Positions 39,446-49,725 are shown, counted from the stretch's first letter. The stretch is DNA of 64,000 nt from Oscillospiraceae bacterium (GCA_017614755.1 JAGABH010000139.1:7868-71867); one strand, 5' to 3'. Translations and numbers: made by a program. The notes: generated by a model not told the origin, from the letters alone.

Positions 39446-40372
39446 CTATTGCAGACCGTACCGGTTCCGAAGCATCCGGACCATAGCGCGGTAGCGGTCC
39501 AGGCAGTCTTCCGGACTCTCCCGCAGCAGAGCCTCGTAGCAGGGGGTCAGGTAGTCCCGGCGGAGCTCCGCGCAGACCTGAGCTTCATCGTCGCCGTAAC
39601 GCATGGCAGCCACCACAGTGGGGGCAACGTTATAGTATTCCCGAATAATAGCGCTCCCCTGCTCCGTTCGGGCAAGCCAGCCGTCCCGGAAAGCCCGGAA
39701 GGCTGTCAACTCCGAACAGTCGTCCGGTTTGCCCTCGGCCTCACAGACCGCGGTAGTGACAAAGCAAAAACCGTGCTTCCGGAAGCCGCCGCTGATTTCC
39801 TCGTGGGTACCCGGCTCAAAAATGTTGTCCGGGTAGCGGGAATTAAAGCGGCTGTGAAGGGACTCCACAAATTCCTCGCTGACAGACAGTCCCAACTCCC
39901 GGATGGCCGGAACCATGTACCAGGCCAGGGTCAGTTTGTCGGAAAATGCCTGCTTTTCTCTGGCGCTCTTGGATTTGGCCTTGGGATGATTGTTATGAAA
40001 AGTCTCCCACTGGGCGACAAAAAGTTCCGCAAAGTCCTCCAGAAGGGCTTGGCGTTTCCCGGGCTGGGCGCAGACATAGCGGTCCATTGCCTCATAGACA
40101 GGGACGATTTCCTCCTTGAACGTCTCATAAAAAGGCTCGTACTGCTTGCGGTTGAAGTGTCGGAAAGCGTTGGGATGATCCCGGATGCAGTCCAGAAGAT
40201 GTTCCTCCACGTAGGTGCGGTCCGATTCGTCGGCGGGCAGAATTCCCTCCCCATAATCCGCCGAGGACAGCTTTGCGCCGCAATAGACACAGGAGAATTC
40301 CGTCAGTTCTCCGGGAACCTGAATCTCCCGACCGCAACCCTTGCAGATACGCGAAATCATTTCCGTTGACAT
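39446..40372 (-). CDS. Hypothetical protein: N-terminal zinc ribbon plus C-terminal CxxTTAxC..FRD..YY..AP module
   Basis: Reads CKGCGREIQVPGELTEFSCVYCGAKL, then later CFVTTAVCEAEGKPDDCSELTAFRAFRDGWLARTEQGSAIIREYYNVAPTVVAAM. I recognise no enzymatic motif. Confidence 0.6.
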   Translation of the reverse strand: MSTEMISRICKGCGREIQVPGELTEFSCVYCGAKLSSADYGEGILPADESDRTYVEEHLLDCIRDHPNAFRHFNRKQYEPFYETFKEEIVPVYEAMDRYVCAQPGKRQALLEDFAELFVAQWETFHNNHPKAKSKSAREKQAFSDKLTLAWYMVPAIRELGLSVSEEFVESLHSRFNSRYPDNIFEPGTHEEISGGFRKHGFCFVTTAVCEAEGKPDDCSELTAFRAFRDGWLARTEQGSAIIREYYNVAPTVVAAMRYGDDEAQVCAELRRDYLTPCYEALLRESPEDCLDRYRAMVRMLRNRYGLQ

Positions 40373-40380
40373 ATTATCAC

Positions 40381-40977
40381 CTATCCTATCTTGGCCTCGC
40401 AGGCAGCGAGAATTTCCCGCAGAAGCGGTTCCCTTCCGTCGCCCTTTTCTGCGGAGAAGGGAATCAGAAGTGTCTGCTCAGACAGGGAGAGAGTTTGACG
40501 TATCAAGGCAAGATTGGGCTCAATCTCGGATTTTTTCAGTTTATCCAGCTTATTTGCCACAACCACGAAGGGACGGCCGGAATTCTGAAAATAGGACGCC
40601 ATAGTGACGTCGTTTTCCGTAGGCTTATGCCGGGCATCCACAATCAGAACACCCAGCGCGATCCGCTCCGGAACAGAGAAATACTGCTCCATCAGCTTGC
40701 CCCAACGTTCTTTTTCCGCCAGGGGAACCTTGGCATAGCCATAGCCCGGCAGGTCCACAAAATAGGCTCGGTTGTCAATGCGGAAGAAGTTGATGTGGAC
40801 GGTCTTGCCGGGGGTCTCCCCTACCCGAGCAAAGTTTTTCCGGTTTAAAATCCGGTTGATGACGGAGGATTTGCCCACGTTGGACTTGCCGGAAAAGGCA
40901 ACCTGGGGCAGGCCGTCCTTGGGGAGCTTGGCCATTTCGGTAATTGACGTAAGAAACTCGGCTTTTTGAAGATTCAT
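40381..40977 (-). CDS. engB: Ribosome-biogenesis GTPase EngB/YsxC
   Basis: G1 GKSNVGKSSVIN, G3 DLPGYGYA and G4 NKLDK. Sits downstream of lon, as in Bacillus. Confidence 0.93.
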   Translation of the reverse strand: MNLQKAEFLTSITEMAKLPKDGLPQVAFSGKSNVGKSSVINRILNRKNFARVGETPGKTVHINFFRIDNRAYFVDLPGYGYAKVPLAEKERWGKLMEQYFSVPERIALGVLIVDARHKPTENDVTMASYFQNSGRPFVVVANKLDKLKKSEIEPNLALIRQTLSLSEQTLLIPFSAEKGDGREPLLREILAACEAKIG

Positions 40978-41112
40978 GGTATTACCTCTGGGAAAGAAAG
41001 AAGCAAGAAATCCGTCATTGTCAGTTCAGTTCTTACTTCTTCCTTTTTACCTCTTACTTTTCCCGTCCGTACGCGGGAAGGGCGGACAAGTATGCTTTTG
41101 CCTGCAAGCGGG

Positions 41113-43527
41113 TCACTGCCGGATATCCGGCTTACGTTTCCGGGGGATGGGCGGAGTAGCCAGGGGCAGGTTCTGGGGGTCGGAAGCAACTACCACGGGA
41201 GCGTCGGACTGCGGGAACCGCAAGGCGGTTTCCAGCACTGTATCGGCGCTGCGGACGGTAACAAAGTTCAAGGCCTTACGGACGGTCTGGTCGATCTCCT
41301 CCAGGTCCTTCCGATTTTCCTCGGGAATGATGACAGTCTTGACGCCATGGCGCAGAGCGGCCATGGTCTTTTCTTTCAGACCACCAATCGGCAAAACCCG
41401 GCCCCGGATGGAAATTTCACCGGTCATCGCTATGTCCCGGCGCACCCGAGCCCCCGTCAGAGCGGAGACCAGGGCCGTGCAGACAGTGACGCCTGCGCTG
41501 GGCCCGTCTTTGGGCACTGCTCCCTCAGGGAAGTGGACGTGGATGTCTTTCGTCTTATAGAAGTCCTCCGCAATCCCCAGGGTCTTGGCCCGGGAGCGGA
41601 TAAAGCTCATGGCGGCCTGAACGGATTCCTGCATAACCTTGCCCAGGTTGCCCGTCAGCTCCAGCTTGCCGGTGCCTTCCACCACATTGCATTCCACCTC
41701 CAGCATTTCCCCTCCCACAGAGGTCCATGCCAGGCCGTTCACCAGGCCGACGGGGTCCTCCTCCGGCAGACGGTCCGGCAGGAACCTGCGGACGCCCAGG
41801 TACTTTTCCAGATTGGCGGAAGTTACGGTGAGACGGGTGGTCTCAGGGTGCTCCAAGAGCTCCATATCAACCCGACGGCAGATTTTCGCCAGTTCCTGTT
41901 CCAGGCGGCGGACGCCGGATTCCCGGGTGTAGCAGGCGATAATCTCCCGCAGGGTGCTGTCCGGTATCCGAAGCTGGCTCTTTTTCAGGCCATGACGCTC
42001 CTTTTGCTTGGGCAGCAGGTGGTTTTTGGCAATCATCACCTTTTCCTCGTCTGTATAGGAGTCCAGACGGATGATCTCCATCCGGTCCAGCAGAGGCCGG
42101 GGAATGGTCTCGTCGGTGTTGGCGGTGGTGATGAACATACATTTGCTCAGATCGAAGGGCAGCTCCAGGAAGTTGTCCCGGAAAGCGCCGTTCTGTTCCG
42201 GGTCCAGAACCTCCAGCAGCGCCGCGGAGGGGTCTCCACGGTAGTCGGCGCCCAGCTTGTCGATTTCGTCAAACAGGATCAGAGGGTTATTGCTCTTCAC
42301 CTGGGTCAGGGCGGTGAGAATCCGTCCCGGCATGGCGCCGATATAGGTCTTTCGGTGTCCCCGAATCTCCGCCTCGTCATGGACGCCGCCCAGGGATATC
42401 CGGGCAAGCTTTCTGTTGAGACATCCGGCAATAGAAGAGGCGATGGAGGTCTTGCCGACTCCCGGAGGACCCACCAGGCAAAGTATCTGCCCCCGGTTCT
42501 CGGGGGCCATCTGCCGGACCGCCAGGAATTCCAGAATCCGGGTCTTGACCTGCTGGAGACCATAGTGATCCTGATCCAACAGCTTCCGGGCCTGCTCCAC
42601 ATTCAGCCGCTCCTTGGTGGATTCGTTCCAGGGCAACTCCAGGGCCACGTCCAGATAATTCCGAATGACGGAGGCTTCGGAGGAACCAAAGGGCTGCTTC
42701 CGAAGACGCTTGACCTCTTTCAGCAGCTTTTCCTCTGCATCGGCGGAAAGATGGAGAGCCCTGATCTTCTCGTCGTAGCCGTCGGCGTCGTCGTCTTCCT
42801 CTCCCAGCTCCTGGCGGATGGCCTTCATCTGCTCCCGCAAATAGTAGTCCCGTTGATCCTTGTTCATGCTCTCCTGGGCCTTGTCCTGCATCTCCTCCTC
42901 AATGGAGAGAATATCCAGTTCATGATTCATCAGGTGATTGCAGCGGAACAGGCGTTTGCCGGGATGCGTCTGATTCAGAAGCTGCAGCTTGTCTTCAAAG
43001 CGGAAAGACGCCGCCTGCGCAGCGATATCACTGACCTCACCGGGATCCTTGCTGGCCAGCATCCGCAGCATTTCCTCGTGGAGGGGCCGCTGGCTTACCT
43101 CCATAAATTCCTCGAACAGCCGGTAGGCCGTACGCATCATGGCCTCCAGCTTGGGCGTGAGGGTCAGGGGTTCCTCCCTCAAAATCGTAATCCTGGCACA
43201 GAGATAGGGCTCTGTTTTTAGGGCAGTCACCACTCGGGCCCGGGTCAGACCGGTCACAAGCAAACGGGCCGCCTCCCCGGGAACCCGAACAATCTGCTTG
43301 ATCTGTGCCACAGTACCAATGGCGTTCAGGGCGTCAAAATCTGGATCGTTTTCCAGCACAGAGCGCTGGGGCAGCAGCAGAACCCGCTGATCTGCCTTCA
43401 TGGCCTTTTCAATGGCCCGCAGAGATTTTTCCCGGCCTGCCTCAAAGTGGGTGGTTGCGTGGGGAAAGGCCACCAGCCCCCGCAGGGCTATCACCGGGAT
43501 CTGCTCATATTCAATGCGTTCTTCCAT
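41113..43527 (-). CDS. lon: ATP-dependent Lon protease (LonA)
   Basis: LON N-domain (IPVIALRGLVAFP), AAA+ GPPGVGKTS, and protease Ser-Lys dyad context PKDGPSAGVT..TGEISIRGRVLPIGGLKEK. Confidence 0.97.
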   Translation of the reverse strand: MEERIEYEQIPVIALRGLVAFPHATTHFEAGREKSLRAIEKAMKADQRVLLLPQRSVLENDPDFDALNAIGTVAQIKQIVRVPGEAARLLVTGLTRARVVTALKTEPYLCARITILREEPLTLTPKLEAMMRTAYRLFEEFMEVSQRPLHEEMLRMLASKDPGEVSDIAAQAASFRFEDKLQLLNQTHPGKRLFRCNHLMNHELDILSIEEEMQDKAQESMNKDQRDYYLREQMKAIRQELGEEDDDADGYDEKIRALHLSADAEEKLLKEVKRLRKQPFGSSEASVIRNYLDVALELPWNESTKERLNVEQARKLLDQDHYGLQQVKTRILEFLAVRQMAPENRGQILCLVGPPGVGKTSIASSIAGCLNRKLARISLGGVHDEAEIRGHRKTYIGAMPGRILTALTQVKSNNPLILFDEIDKLGADYRGDPSAALLEVLDPEQNGAFRDNFLELPFDLSKCMFITTANTDETIPRPLLDRMEIIRLDSYTDEEKVMIAKNHLLPKQKERHGLKKSQLRIPDSTLREIIACYTRESGVRRLEQELAKICRRVDMELLEHPETTRLTVTSANLEKYLGVRRFLPDRLPEEDPVGLVNGLAWTSVGGEMLEVECNVVEGTGKLELTGNLGKVMQESVQAAMSFIRSRAKTLGIAEDFYKTKDIHVHFPEGAVPKDGPSAGVTVCTALVSALTGARVRRDIAMTGEISIRGRVLPIGGLKEKTMAALRHGVKTVIIPEENRKDLEEIDQTVRKALNFVTVRSADTVLETALRFPQSDAPVVVASDPQNLPLATPPIPRKRKPDIRQ

Positions 43528-43548
43528 AGAAAATACCTCCTTTCAGGA

Positions 43549-43593
43549 GAAAAATGACGCAAAAAGGGAGAGACGCCCCCCTTTTCGCGTCAT
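43549..43593 (-). terminator. Terminator/attenuator-like hairpin between clpX and lon
   Basis: Arms 43554-43568 and 43579-43593 pair at 14 of 15 positions, with a 10-nt loop. On the minus strand a TTTT run follows, immediately before the lon RBS AAAGGAGG. Confidence 0.45.
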
Positions 43594-43627
43594 GCAATTT
43601 GATATATGGGTACCAGAGTCAGACTGT

Positions 43628-44887
43628 TCAGGAGGCGGGAATCCGCTTGGGTTCTCCCCGTTCCAGGACAGGTGCTTCCTTCCCGCGGATAGACGCCTCG
43701 GTAACAGTGACTTTGGTGATTGTCTTGTCGGAGGGAATTTCGTACATCACGGAGGTCAAAATGCCCTCCATCACAGCCCGGAGACCCCGGGCCCCGATCT
43801 TCCGCTCCACAGCCAGCTCTGCCACGGCTGTCAGAGCCTCAGGCGTGAATTCCAGCTCTACCCCGTCATAGGACAGCATCTGCTTATACTGCTTGCACAG
43901 AGCGTTCTTGGGCTCAGTAAGGATACGAACCAGATCGGCGGAGGAAAGGTCGTGAAGGCTGGTAATTACCGGCAGACGACCCACCAGCTCAGGAATAATG
44001 CCGAACTTCAGCAGATCATGGGGCTGCACCTGGCGGAACAGCTCGCCGATCTTCCGGTTCTTCTTGCTGGAAAGCTCGGAGCCGAACCCCAGGGAGCTGC
44101 GATCCACCCGCCGCTCAATGATCTTATCCAGTCCATCGAAAGCACCGCCGCAGATAAAGAGAATCTTGGAGGTGTCGATCTGAATAAACTCCTGCTGGGG
44201 ATGCTTCCGTCCGCCCTGGGGCGGCACGTTGGCAACGGTGCCCTCCACAATTTTCAACAGGGCCTGCTGGACGCCCTCGCCGGAAACGTCCCGGGTGATG
44301 GAGGTGTTTTCGCTCTTCCGGGCGATTTTGTCCATCTCGTCAATATAGATGATACCCTGCTCAGCCCGTTCCACGTCAAAGTCTGCGGCCTGGATCAGCC
44401 GGAGAAGAATGTTCTCCACGTCCTCGCCCACATAGCCGGCCTCGGTGAGGGTGGTAGCGTCCGCAATGGCAAAGGGAACGTCCAGAATCTTCGCCAGGGT
44501 CTGGGCAAAAAGGGTCTTGCCGGAGCCTGTGGGACCGATCAGCAGGATGTTGCTCTTCTGCATCTCCACATCGGAATCCTCGCCGAAGTAGATGCGCTTA
44601 TAGTGGTTATACACCGCCACGGAGAGGGCAATTTTTGCCTCCTCCTGACCGATGATATAGTTGTCCATATACTCCTTGATCTCCCGGGGGGTGGGGAGCT
44701 TCTCGGGGTCATGGGCGAACCGATTTTCGGTTTCATAGAGGTCCTCGCGGATCAGGCTGTTGCACAGATCCACACATTCGTTGCAAATATAGACGTTGTT
44801 GGGACCGGACATCATCCGTTTTACCTGCTCCTGCCGCTTGCCGCAGAAGGAACAGCGGATGGATTTCCCTTCAGCCAAGTCAGTCAC
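43628..44887 (-). CDS. clpX: ATP-dependent Clp protease ATP-binding subunit ClpX
   Basis: Zinc finger [16 protein letters not shown], Walker [18 protein letters not shown], and pore loop GYVGEDV. Start is GTG 44887 or TTG 44878. Confidence 0.96.
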   Translation of the reverse strand: MTDLAEGKSIRCSFCGKRQEQVKRMMSGPNNVYICNECVDLCNSLIREDLYETENRFAHDPEKLPTPREIKEYMDNYIIGQEEAKIALSVAVYNHYKRIYFGEDSDVEMQKSNILLIGPTGSGKTLFAQTLAKILDVPFAIADATTLTEAGYVGEDVENILLRLIQAADFDVERAEQGIIYIDEMDKIARKSENTSITRDVSGEGVQQALLKIVEGTVANVPPQGGRKHPQQEFIQIDTSKILFICGGAFDGLDKIIERRVDRSSLGFGSELSSKKNRKIGELFRQVQPHDLLKFGIIPELVGRLPVITSLHDLSSADLVRILTEPKNALCKQYKQMLSYDGVELEFTPEALTAVAELAVERKIGARGLRAVMEGILTSVMYEIPSDKTITKVTVTEASIRGKEAPVLERGEPKRIPAS

Positions 44888-44969
44888 TCCTTTCGGTTGG
44901 GGGGGGGGCGAGAGGCGGGCACACGATTTGCGCCCCTGTGACGGCCAAAAATCTGGCCGCCCTGCTAAT

Positions 44970-45551
44970 TTACCGATGGTCGATGACCTTGTCGATGAGG
45001 CCGTAGTTCAGGGCCTCCTGGGCGGTCATAAAGTTGTCGCGCTCGGTATCTTCCGCGATCTGCTCCAGGGGCTTGCCGGTGTTGGCGGCAAGAATCCGGT
45101 TGAGCTTTAGCTTCATGTCCTGAATCCGGCGGGCCTGAATCTGAATGTCCGTGGCCTGGCCTTGGGCTCCGCCGGAGGGCTGATGGATCATAATCTCCGC
45201 GTTGGGCAGCGCCATACGCTTGCCCTTTGTGCCGGCAGAAAGCAGGAAGGCGCCCATGGAGGCAGCCATGCCAATGCAGATGGTAGATACGTCGCACTTG
45301 ATATACTGCATCGTATCATAGATTGCCAAACCGGAAGTAATGACGCCGCCGGGGCTGTTGATATAGAACTGAATGTCCTTATCCGGGTCCTGGGCCTCCA
45401 GATACAAAAGCTGGGCAACGATCAGAGAAGCGGTAGTATCGTTGACTTCCTCGGAGAGCATCACGATCCGGTCGTTGAGCAGCCGGGAAAAGATATCATA
45501 GGACCGCTCTCCGCGGCTGGTCTGCTCCACCACATAGGGAACTAAGCTCAT
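44970..45551 (-). CDS. clpP: ATP-dependent Clp protease proteolytic subunit ClpP
   Basis: Reads [11 protein letters not shown], catalytic Ser in [11 protein letters not shown], and His in IHQPSGG. The ATG at 45551 is 7 nt after GGAGA; the alternative is 45557. Confidence 0.96.
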   Translation of the reverse strand: MSLVPYVVEQTSRGERSYDIFSRLLNDRIVMLSEEVNDTTASLIVAQLLYLEAQDPDKDIQFYINSPGGVITSGLAIYDTMQYIKCDVSTICIGMAASMGAFLLSAGTKGKRMALPNAEIMIHQPSGGAQGQATDIQIQARRIQDMKLKLNRILAANTGKPLEQIAEDTERDNFMTAQEALNYGLIDKVIDHR

Positions 45552-45623
45552 GGTCATTCTCCTTTCAGATAACGGGAGCTTCCGGGTGACGCACGGATGT
45601 GCGCCGCTGCGGAAATTCCTTTC

Positions 45624-45656
45624 AAAATTCGGGGCCGATGGAACGCATCGGCCCCG
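45624..45656 (-). terminator. Rho-independent terminator after tig
   Basis: 11-bp GC-rich stem CGGGGCCGATG / CATCGGCCCCG with a 5-nt loop. On the minus strand it is followed by AATTTT. Confidence 0.75.
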
Positions 45657-45697
45657 AGCGTAAGCTGCTAAAGCATTGTAACCGAGGGAAGGGAGAT

Positions 45698-46987
45698 TTA
45701 TTCCTCCACGGGGGCGGTAGCTACAGCCTGGGCAACAATCAGATCCCGGGCCTTGCGAACCTTCAGATCGGTGGTGATATCCTCGGCGGGGATGATGGTC
45801 TTCAGCTTCTCAACGTCCATGTTGTACTGCTCGGAGAGCTTCTGGTACTCGCCGTTCAGATCCTCGTCGGTGGCCTCGATCTTCTCGGCCTCGGCAATGG
45901 CATTCAGTACAACCCGCAGGCGAACCTGCTTTTCGGCGGAGGGACGAATGCTGTTCTTGAAGCCGGACAGATCGCCGCCCAGCATCTTGCTGTACTGCTC
46001 CAAACTCATGCCCTGGGAGCGAAGCTGGTAGTCAAAGTTCTGAAGCTCAGTGTTGACTTCTTCTTCTATCATGGAGGAGGGAATCTCCACCTTGGCAGCC
46101 TCGGAAATCTTCTCCATCAGCGCGGTCTCGAAAGCACGGTCGGCTTCCTCGGTCTGCTTCTGCTCCAGGTTCTTGCGAATGTCAGCCCGGAGTTCTTCCA
46201 GGGTGTCGAACTCGGAAACGTCCTTGGCAAGCTCGTCGTCCTTGGCGGGGACCTGAGTCTCCTTGACCTCATGGACTTTCACCTGGAAGACCACAGCGGC
46301 GCCGGCCAACTCCTTGGCATGGTAGTCCTCGGGGAAACTGAGGTTCAATTCCTTCTCCTGACCGGCTTCAGCGCCGATCAGCTGCTCCTCGAAGCCGGGG
46401 ATAAAGGTGTGGCTGCCCAGACGCAGCTCAAAGCCCTCAGCAGTGCCGCCGTCAAAGGCGACCCCGTCCTTCAGACCCTTGTAGTCGATCAGAACCGTGT
46501 CACCTTCCTGGGCGGGGCGCTCCACGGTGACAATACGGGCAACTTCATTGGCCTTCCGGTCCAGTTCAACCTCCACCTGCTCGTCAGTGACGGTGACGGC
46601 AGCCTTAGGGGCTTCAACGCCCTTGTACTGGCCAAGCTCCACCTCGGGATAGAGCTCGGTCTCGATGGTCAGTTCCAGAACGCCGTCCTCCCGGACATTC
46701 ATATCGGTAACAGAGGGCTGACCCACGGTCTTCCAACCCTGGTCCAGGACAGCTTCCTGAAACACGTCGGGGAAGACTTCTTCCACGGCGTCGGAGTGGA
46801 AAACCTGGGCGCCGTAAAGGTTCTCAATCATCTTCCGGGGAGCCTTGCCCTTGCGGAAGCCGGGAACGGCAATATACTTGCGGTTCTTCAGGTAAGCCTT
46901 GGAGATGCCGGCCTCAAAGACCTCTTTCTCTACCTCGACCTGAACGGTCAGCTTGTTGTTCTCTCTGTTTGCATTTTTGACATTCAT
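45698..46987 (-). CDS. tig: Trigger factor
   Basis: Reads [13 protein letters not shown] (ribosome-binding signature) and has an FKBP-like middle domain. The ATG at 46987 follows AGGAGG; the ORF extends to 47059. Confidence 0.95.
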   Translation of the reverse strand: MNVKNANRENNKLTVQVEVEKEVFEAGISKAYLKNRKYIAVPGFRKGKAPRKMIENLYGAQVFHSDAVEEVFPDVFQEAVLDQGWKTVGQPSVTDMNVREDGVLELTIETELYPEVELGQYKGVEAPKAAVTVTDEQVEVELDRKANEVARIVTVERPAQEGDTVLIDYKGLKDGVAFDGGTAEGFELRLGSHTFIPGFEEQLIGAEAGQEKELNLSFPEDYHAKELAGAAVVFQVKVHEVKETQVPAKDDELAKDVSEFDTLEELRADIRKNLEQKQTEEADRAFETALMEKISEAAKVEIPSSMIEEEVNTELQNFDYQLRSQGMSLEQYSKMLGGDLSGFKNSIRPSAEKQVRLRVVLNAIAEAEKIEATDEDLNGEYQKLSEQYNMDVEKLKTIIPAEDITTDLKVRKARDLIVAQAVATAPVEE

Positions 46988-47031
46988 GGTATCTATTTCC
47001 TCCTGTGATAGCGATTGCAGAAATCGGATAT

Positions 47032-47059
47032 ATTCTAACAGAAAAGTTGCAGAATGCAA
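47032..47059 (-). promoter_or_regulatory. Candidate SigA promoter for tig
   Basis: Minus strand reads TTGCAT, 16 nt, TGtTAGAAT (extended -10). Confidence 0.45.
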
Positions 47060-47067
47060 GCATTATT

Positions 47068-47766
47068 TTATGAATTTTCGGTGGTTTTCACGGGAATCGG
47101 CTTGAAATTGACGTAATCCGCGGAAACCAGCCGGAAATCGATGCCCTCAAAGTCCCCTGTGACGGCTAAGCGGTGGCTTTCCGCGTGCAAATGACCGTAC
47201 CAGCACTGCCGGACTCCGTAGCGATGGAGCAGGTCCAGGATGGGCTGACAGCGATAGCCTCGGTAGATGGGGGGATAGTGGAGAAAGCAGATTTTCTCCC
47301 AGTCCCCGGCCGCCTGCAATGATGTTTCCAGCCGGATCAGCTCACGGTTCAGGATTTTTTCATCATGGGCGCTTCCCTTCTCCTCCTCAAAAAACCAGCC
47401 TCTGGTGCCGCAGATGGCAACCTCACCATAGTTGTAGCAGTTGTTGTTGAGAATCCAGAGATCGGAGAAGCCCTGCTCGGCGCAGAATTTATAGAATTTA
47501 GCGGCAGTAGTCCACCAGTAGTCGTGGTTCCCTTTCAGGATAATCTTTCGACCGGGGATCGCGTTCAAAAACGCAAAATCCTCCCGAGCCCGATCCAAGT
47601 CCATGGACCAGCTCAGATCCCCAAGCAGGACGGTGGTATCCTCCGGGCCGATGCAGGAAAGACCGTCCCGCAGCCTGTCAACATAACCCGCCCAGAGAGG
47701 GCCGAACACATCCATGGGCTTGTCCGCCTCAAAGGAAAGGTGCAGATCACCGATGGCGTAGAGCAT
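47068..47766 (-). CDS. Calcineurin-like metallophosphoesterase
   Basis: Motifs are in the canonical order: GDLHL, GDLSW, GNHDYWW, GHLH. Confidence 0.85.
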   Translation of the reverse strand: MLYAIGDLHLSFEADKPMDVFGPLWAGYVDRLRDGLSCIGPEDTTVLLGDLSWSMDLDRAREDFAFLNAIPGRKIILKGNHDYWWTTAAKFYKFCAEQGFSDLWILNNNCYNYGEVAICGTRGWFFEEEKGSAHDEKILNRELIRLETSLQAAGDWEKICFLHYPPIYRGYRCQPILDLLHRYGVRQCWYGHLHAESHRLAVTGDFEGIDFRLVSADYVNFKPIPVKTTENS

Positions 47767-47796
47767 AGGCGCCTCCCTTCATAGAATTGGAATCAA

Positions 47797-48771
47797 CTAC
47801 TCCCCAACCCTGGTTTTTTGCAGATGCTTTAATGCGAACATAACGGCGTTGTTGTTGAACACGCTGTTTACCGTTTCTTCCTCCTCGCCCTGCTGGAGCA
47901 GCCAATGGCCCAGGTCGTTCCAGCTCTCCACGCCGGTAAAGCCCGTGGGAAGCCGATCACAGCCGTCCAAATCGCCTCCGACAGCCAGATGGTGCTCTCC
48001 ACCCAGATCCAGAAAATGATCCATGTGGCGCTTAAAGTCCGAAAAATCGGCAGTTCCCTTTTCATTCAGGAAAGGCGGATAAAGGTTCAACCCAACCAGA
48101 CCACCCAGGTTGCAGATCACCTTGAACTGCTCGTCGGTGAGGTTGCGGCTATGGGGACAAAGGGCCCGGCTGTTGGAATGGGAGGCAATAATGGGAGCAG
48201 ATGTAATGTCTGCCAAATCCCAAAAGGCTTTTTCGGAGAGGTGGCTCACGTCAATGACGATCCCCAGCTCCTGGGCCCGCCGAACAAAGGCCTTGCCCAA
48301 GTCTGTGAGCCCTTGGTCCGTGCCGTGGGGACCCGCCAAAGCGTTTGGAAAATTCCAGGTAAGGGTTGTCATCAAAAAGCCCAGTTCCTTCAGCTCGTCC
48401 AGTCGATCCGGGTCGCAGCCGATGGCCTCAGGGCCCTCCAAGGAGAGGAAAACGCCCTGTTTGTTCTCCTTCGCAGCGGCAATCAGGTCCTCCACATTCC
48501 GGCAGAGCTTCGCACTGTCCTTGTTCTGTCCAAGTTGGGAATAGAAGTCGGAAATGGCCTGATAAAAACGGGACTCCGCCATTGTCCCCGGCAGGGGGCT
48601 GTAATCCTTGCCATACACGCAGCAGAATGCGTAAAACTGGTGATGGGTCAGCAGCCTGCCGGCCCGCTCCAAGTCAATGTGCAGATCGTTCACATCCCAG
48701 GCCTTGCCCTGAAGACTGAGCTCCGTGGCGGTATCACAGTGCAGATCGAACACGGGAAACTGTTGTCTCAT
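47797..48771 (-). CDS. M19-family (renal-type) dipeptidase
   Basis: Reads FDLHCDT, IDVSHLS, ASHSN, and GGDLDG near the C-terminus. Confidence 0.85.
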   Translation of the reverse strand: MRQQFPVFDLHCDTATELSLQGKAWDVNDLHIDLERAGRLLTHHQFYAFCCVYGKDYSPLPGTMAESRFYQAISDFYSQLGQNKDSAKLCRNVEDLIAAAKENKQGVFLSLEGPEAIGCDPDRLDELKELGFLMTTLTWNFPNALAGPHGTDQGLTDLGKAFVRRAQELGIVIDVSHLSEKAFWDLADITSAPIIASHSNSRALCPHSRNLTDEQFKVICNLGGLVGLNLYPPFLNEKGTADFSDFKRHMDHFLDLGGEHHLAVGGDLDGCDRLPTGFTGVESWNDLGHWLLQQGEEEETVNSVFNNNAVMFALKHLQKTRVGE

Positions 48772-49133
48772 TGAAAAGCGTCCTCCAAGTGATGAATCGC
48801 AGGATTCTTCGTTTGCTCCCCCTGGGGGGCATAGATTTCCACCACGTCAAAACGGGGCTGCAGATCGGTTTCATGTTGGCTCAGCCAGAGCTCGGCGGTA
48901 GTGCGAAGCCGGTTTTGTTTTCGAAAATCCACAAACTCTGCGGCCCGGGCAATTACGTCGGACTTCCGGAGCTTCACCTCCACAAAGACCAAATAGGCCC
49001 GGTCAGCCACAATCAGGTCGATTTCCCCAAAGCGGCAGGAATAATTCCGGGCCAAAATGCGGTAGCCCTTCTTCTTTAAAAATTTCGCGGCCAGGGATTC
49101 TCCCCAGGCGCCTGTGCCATTACGCCGATCCAT
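48768..49133 (-). CDS. yraN: YraN-family (UPF0102) endonuclease-like protein
   Basis: Reads [20 protein letters not shown]....GEIDLIV......VFVEVK.R. ATGA overlap with the dipeptidase gene. Confidence 0.88.
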   Translation of the reverse strand: MDRRNGTGAWGESLAAKFLKKKGYRILARNYSCRFGEIDLIVADRAYLVFVEVKLRKSDVIARAAEFVDFRKQNRLRTTAELWLSQHETDLQPRFDVVEIYAPQGEQTKNPAIHHLEDAFQ

Positions 49134-49725
49134 GGTTTTTCAGAAAAGTCCGCCGATGGATGGGACAGAGGCCCAACCGATCAATGGCCTCGTAGTGGGC
49201 CTTCGTACCGTAGCCCTTGTGGATGGCAAAGCCGTAGCCGGGATATCTTGCGTCATACTCCACCATTAACCGGTCTCTGGTCACCTTTGCCAGAATCGAA
49301 GCCGCGGCAACAGAGGCGCAGGTAGCGTCCCCCTTCACCACAGTCCTGGTGGGGAGGTCCAAACCGGGGTCCCGGTTTCCATCCACAAGACAAAGATCCG
49401 GCCGCAAGCCAAGCTGCCCCACCGCTCCACGCATGGCTCGATAGGTAGCTTGGAGAATATTGATCTCGTCGACGGTCTTTTCGTCCACCAGACAGACCGC
49501 CCAGGCAAGCGCCTCGGCGGTAATCACGTCATAGAGTGCTTCCCGTCGCTTTTCGGAGAGCTTTTTGGAATCGTTCAGTCCCTCAACCACCAGGCCGGCC
49601 GGCAAGACGCAGGCCGCCGCGCAGACCGGTCCTGCCAAAGGTCCACGGCCCGCCTCGTCGATGCCGCAGAGAACGACAAAGCCCTCCCCGCGAAGCTCAG
49701 CTTCGTAATGGTATAAATCTGTCAT
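49120..49725 (-). CDS. rnhB: Ribonuclease HII
   Basis: Reads [20 protein letters not shown], and [15 protein letters not shown]. Confidence 0.95.
   Translation of the reverse strand: MTDLYHYEAELRGEGFVVLCGIDEAGRGPLAGPVCAAACVLPAGLVVEGLNDSKKLSEKRREALYDVITAEALAWAVCLVDEKTVDEINILQATYRAMRGAVGQLGLRPDLCLVDGNRDPGLDLPTRTVVKGDATCASVAAASILAKVTRDRLMVEYDARYPGYGFAIHKGYGTKAHYEAIDRLGLCPIHRRTFLKNHGSA

Noticed and set aside
40966-43221. 751-aa plus-strand ORF antisense to lon (and a 513-aa one at 43400..44941 antisense to clpX)
   Set aside because: lon and clpX are full length with all catalytic motifs on the minus strand. The plus-strand translations are Gly/Leu/Gln-rich with no recognisable domain.
45599-47008. 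469-aa plus-strand ORF antisense to tig, and 455-aa minus ORF 52522..53889 antisense to the foldase-like gene
   Set aside because: Both lie opposite genes with clear identity or signals. Their compositions are repetitive (G/L/V-rich), consistent with antisense artefacts.
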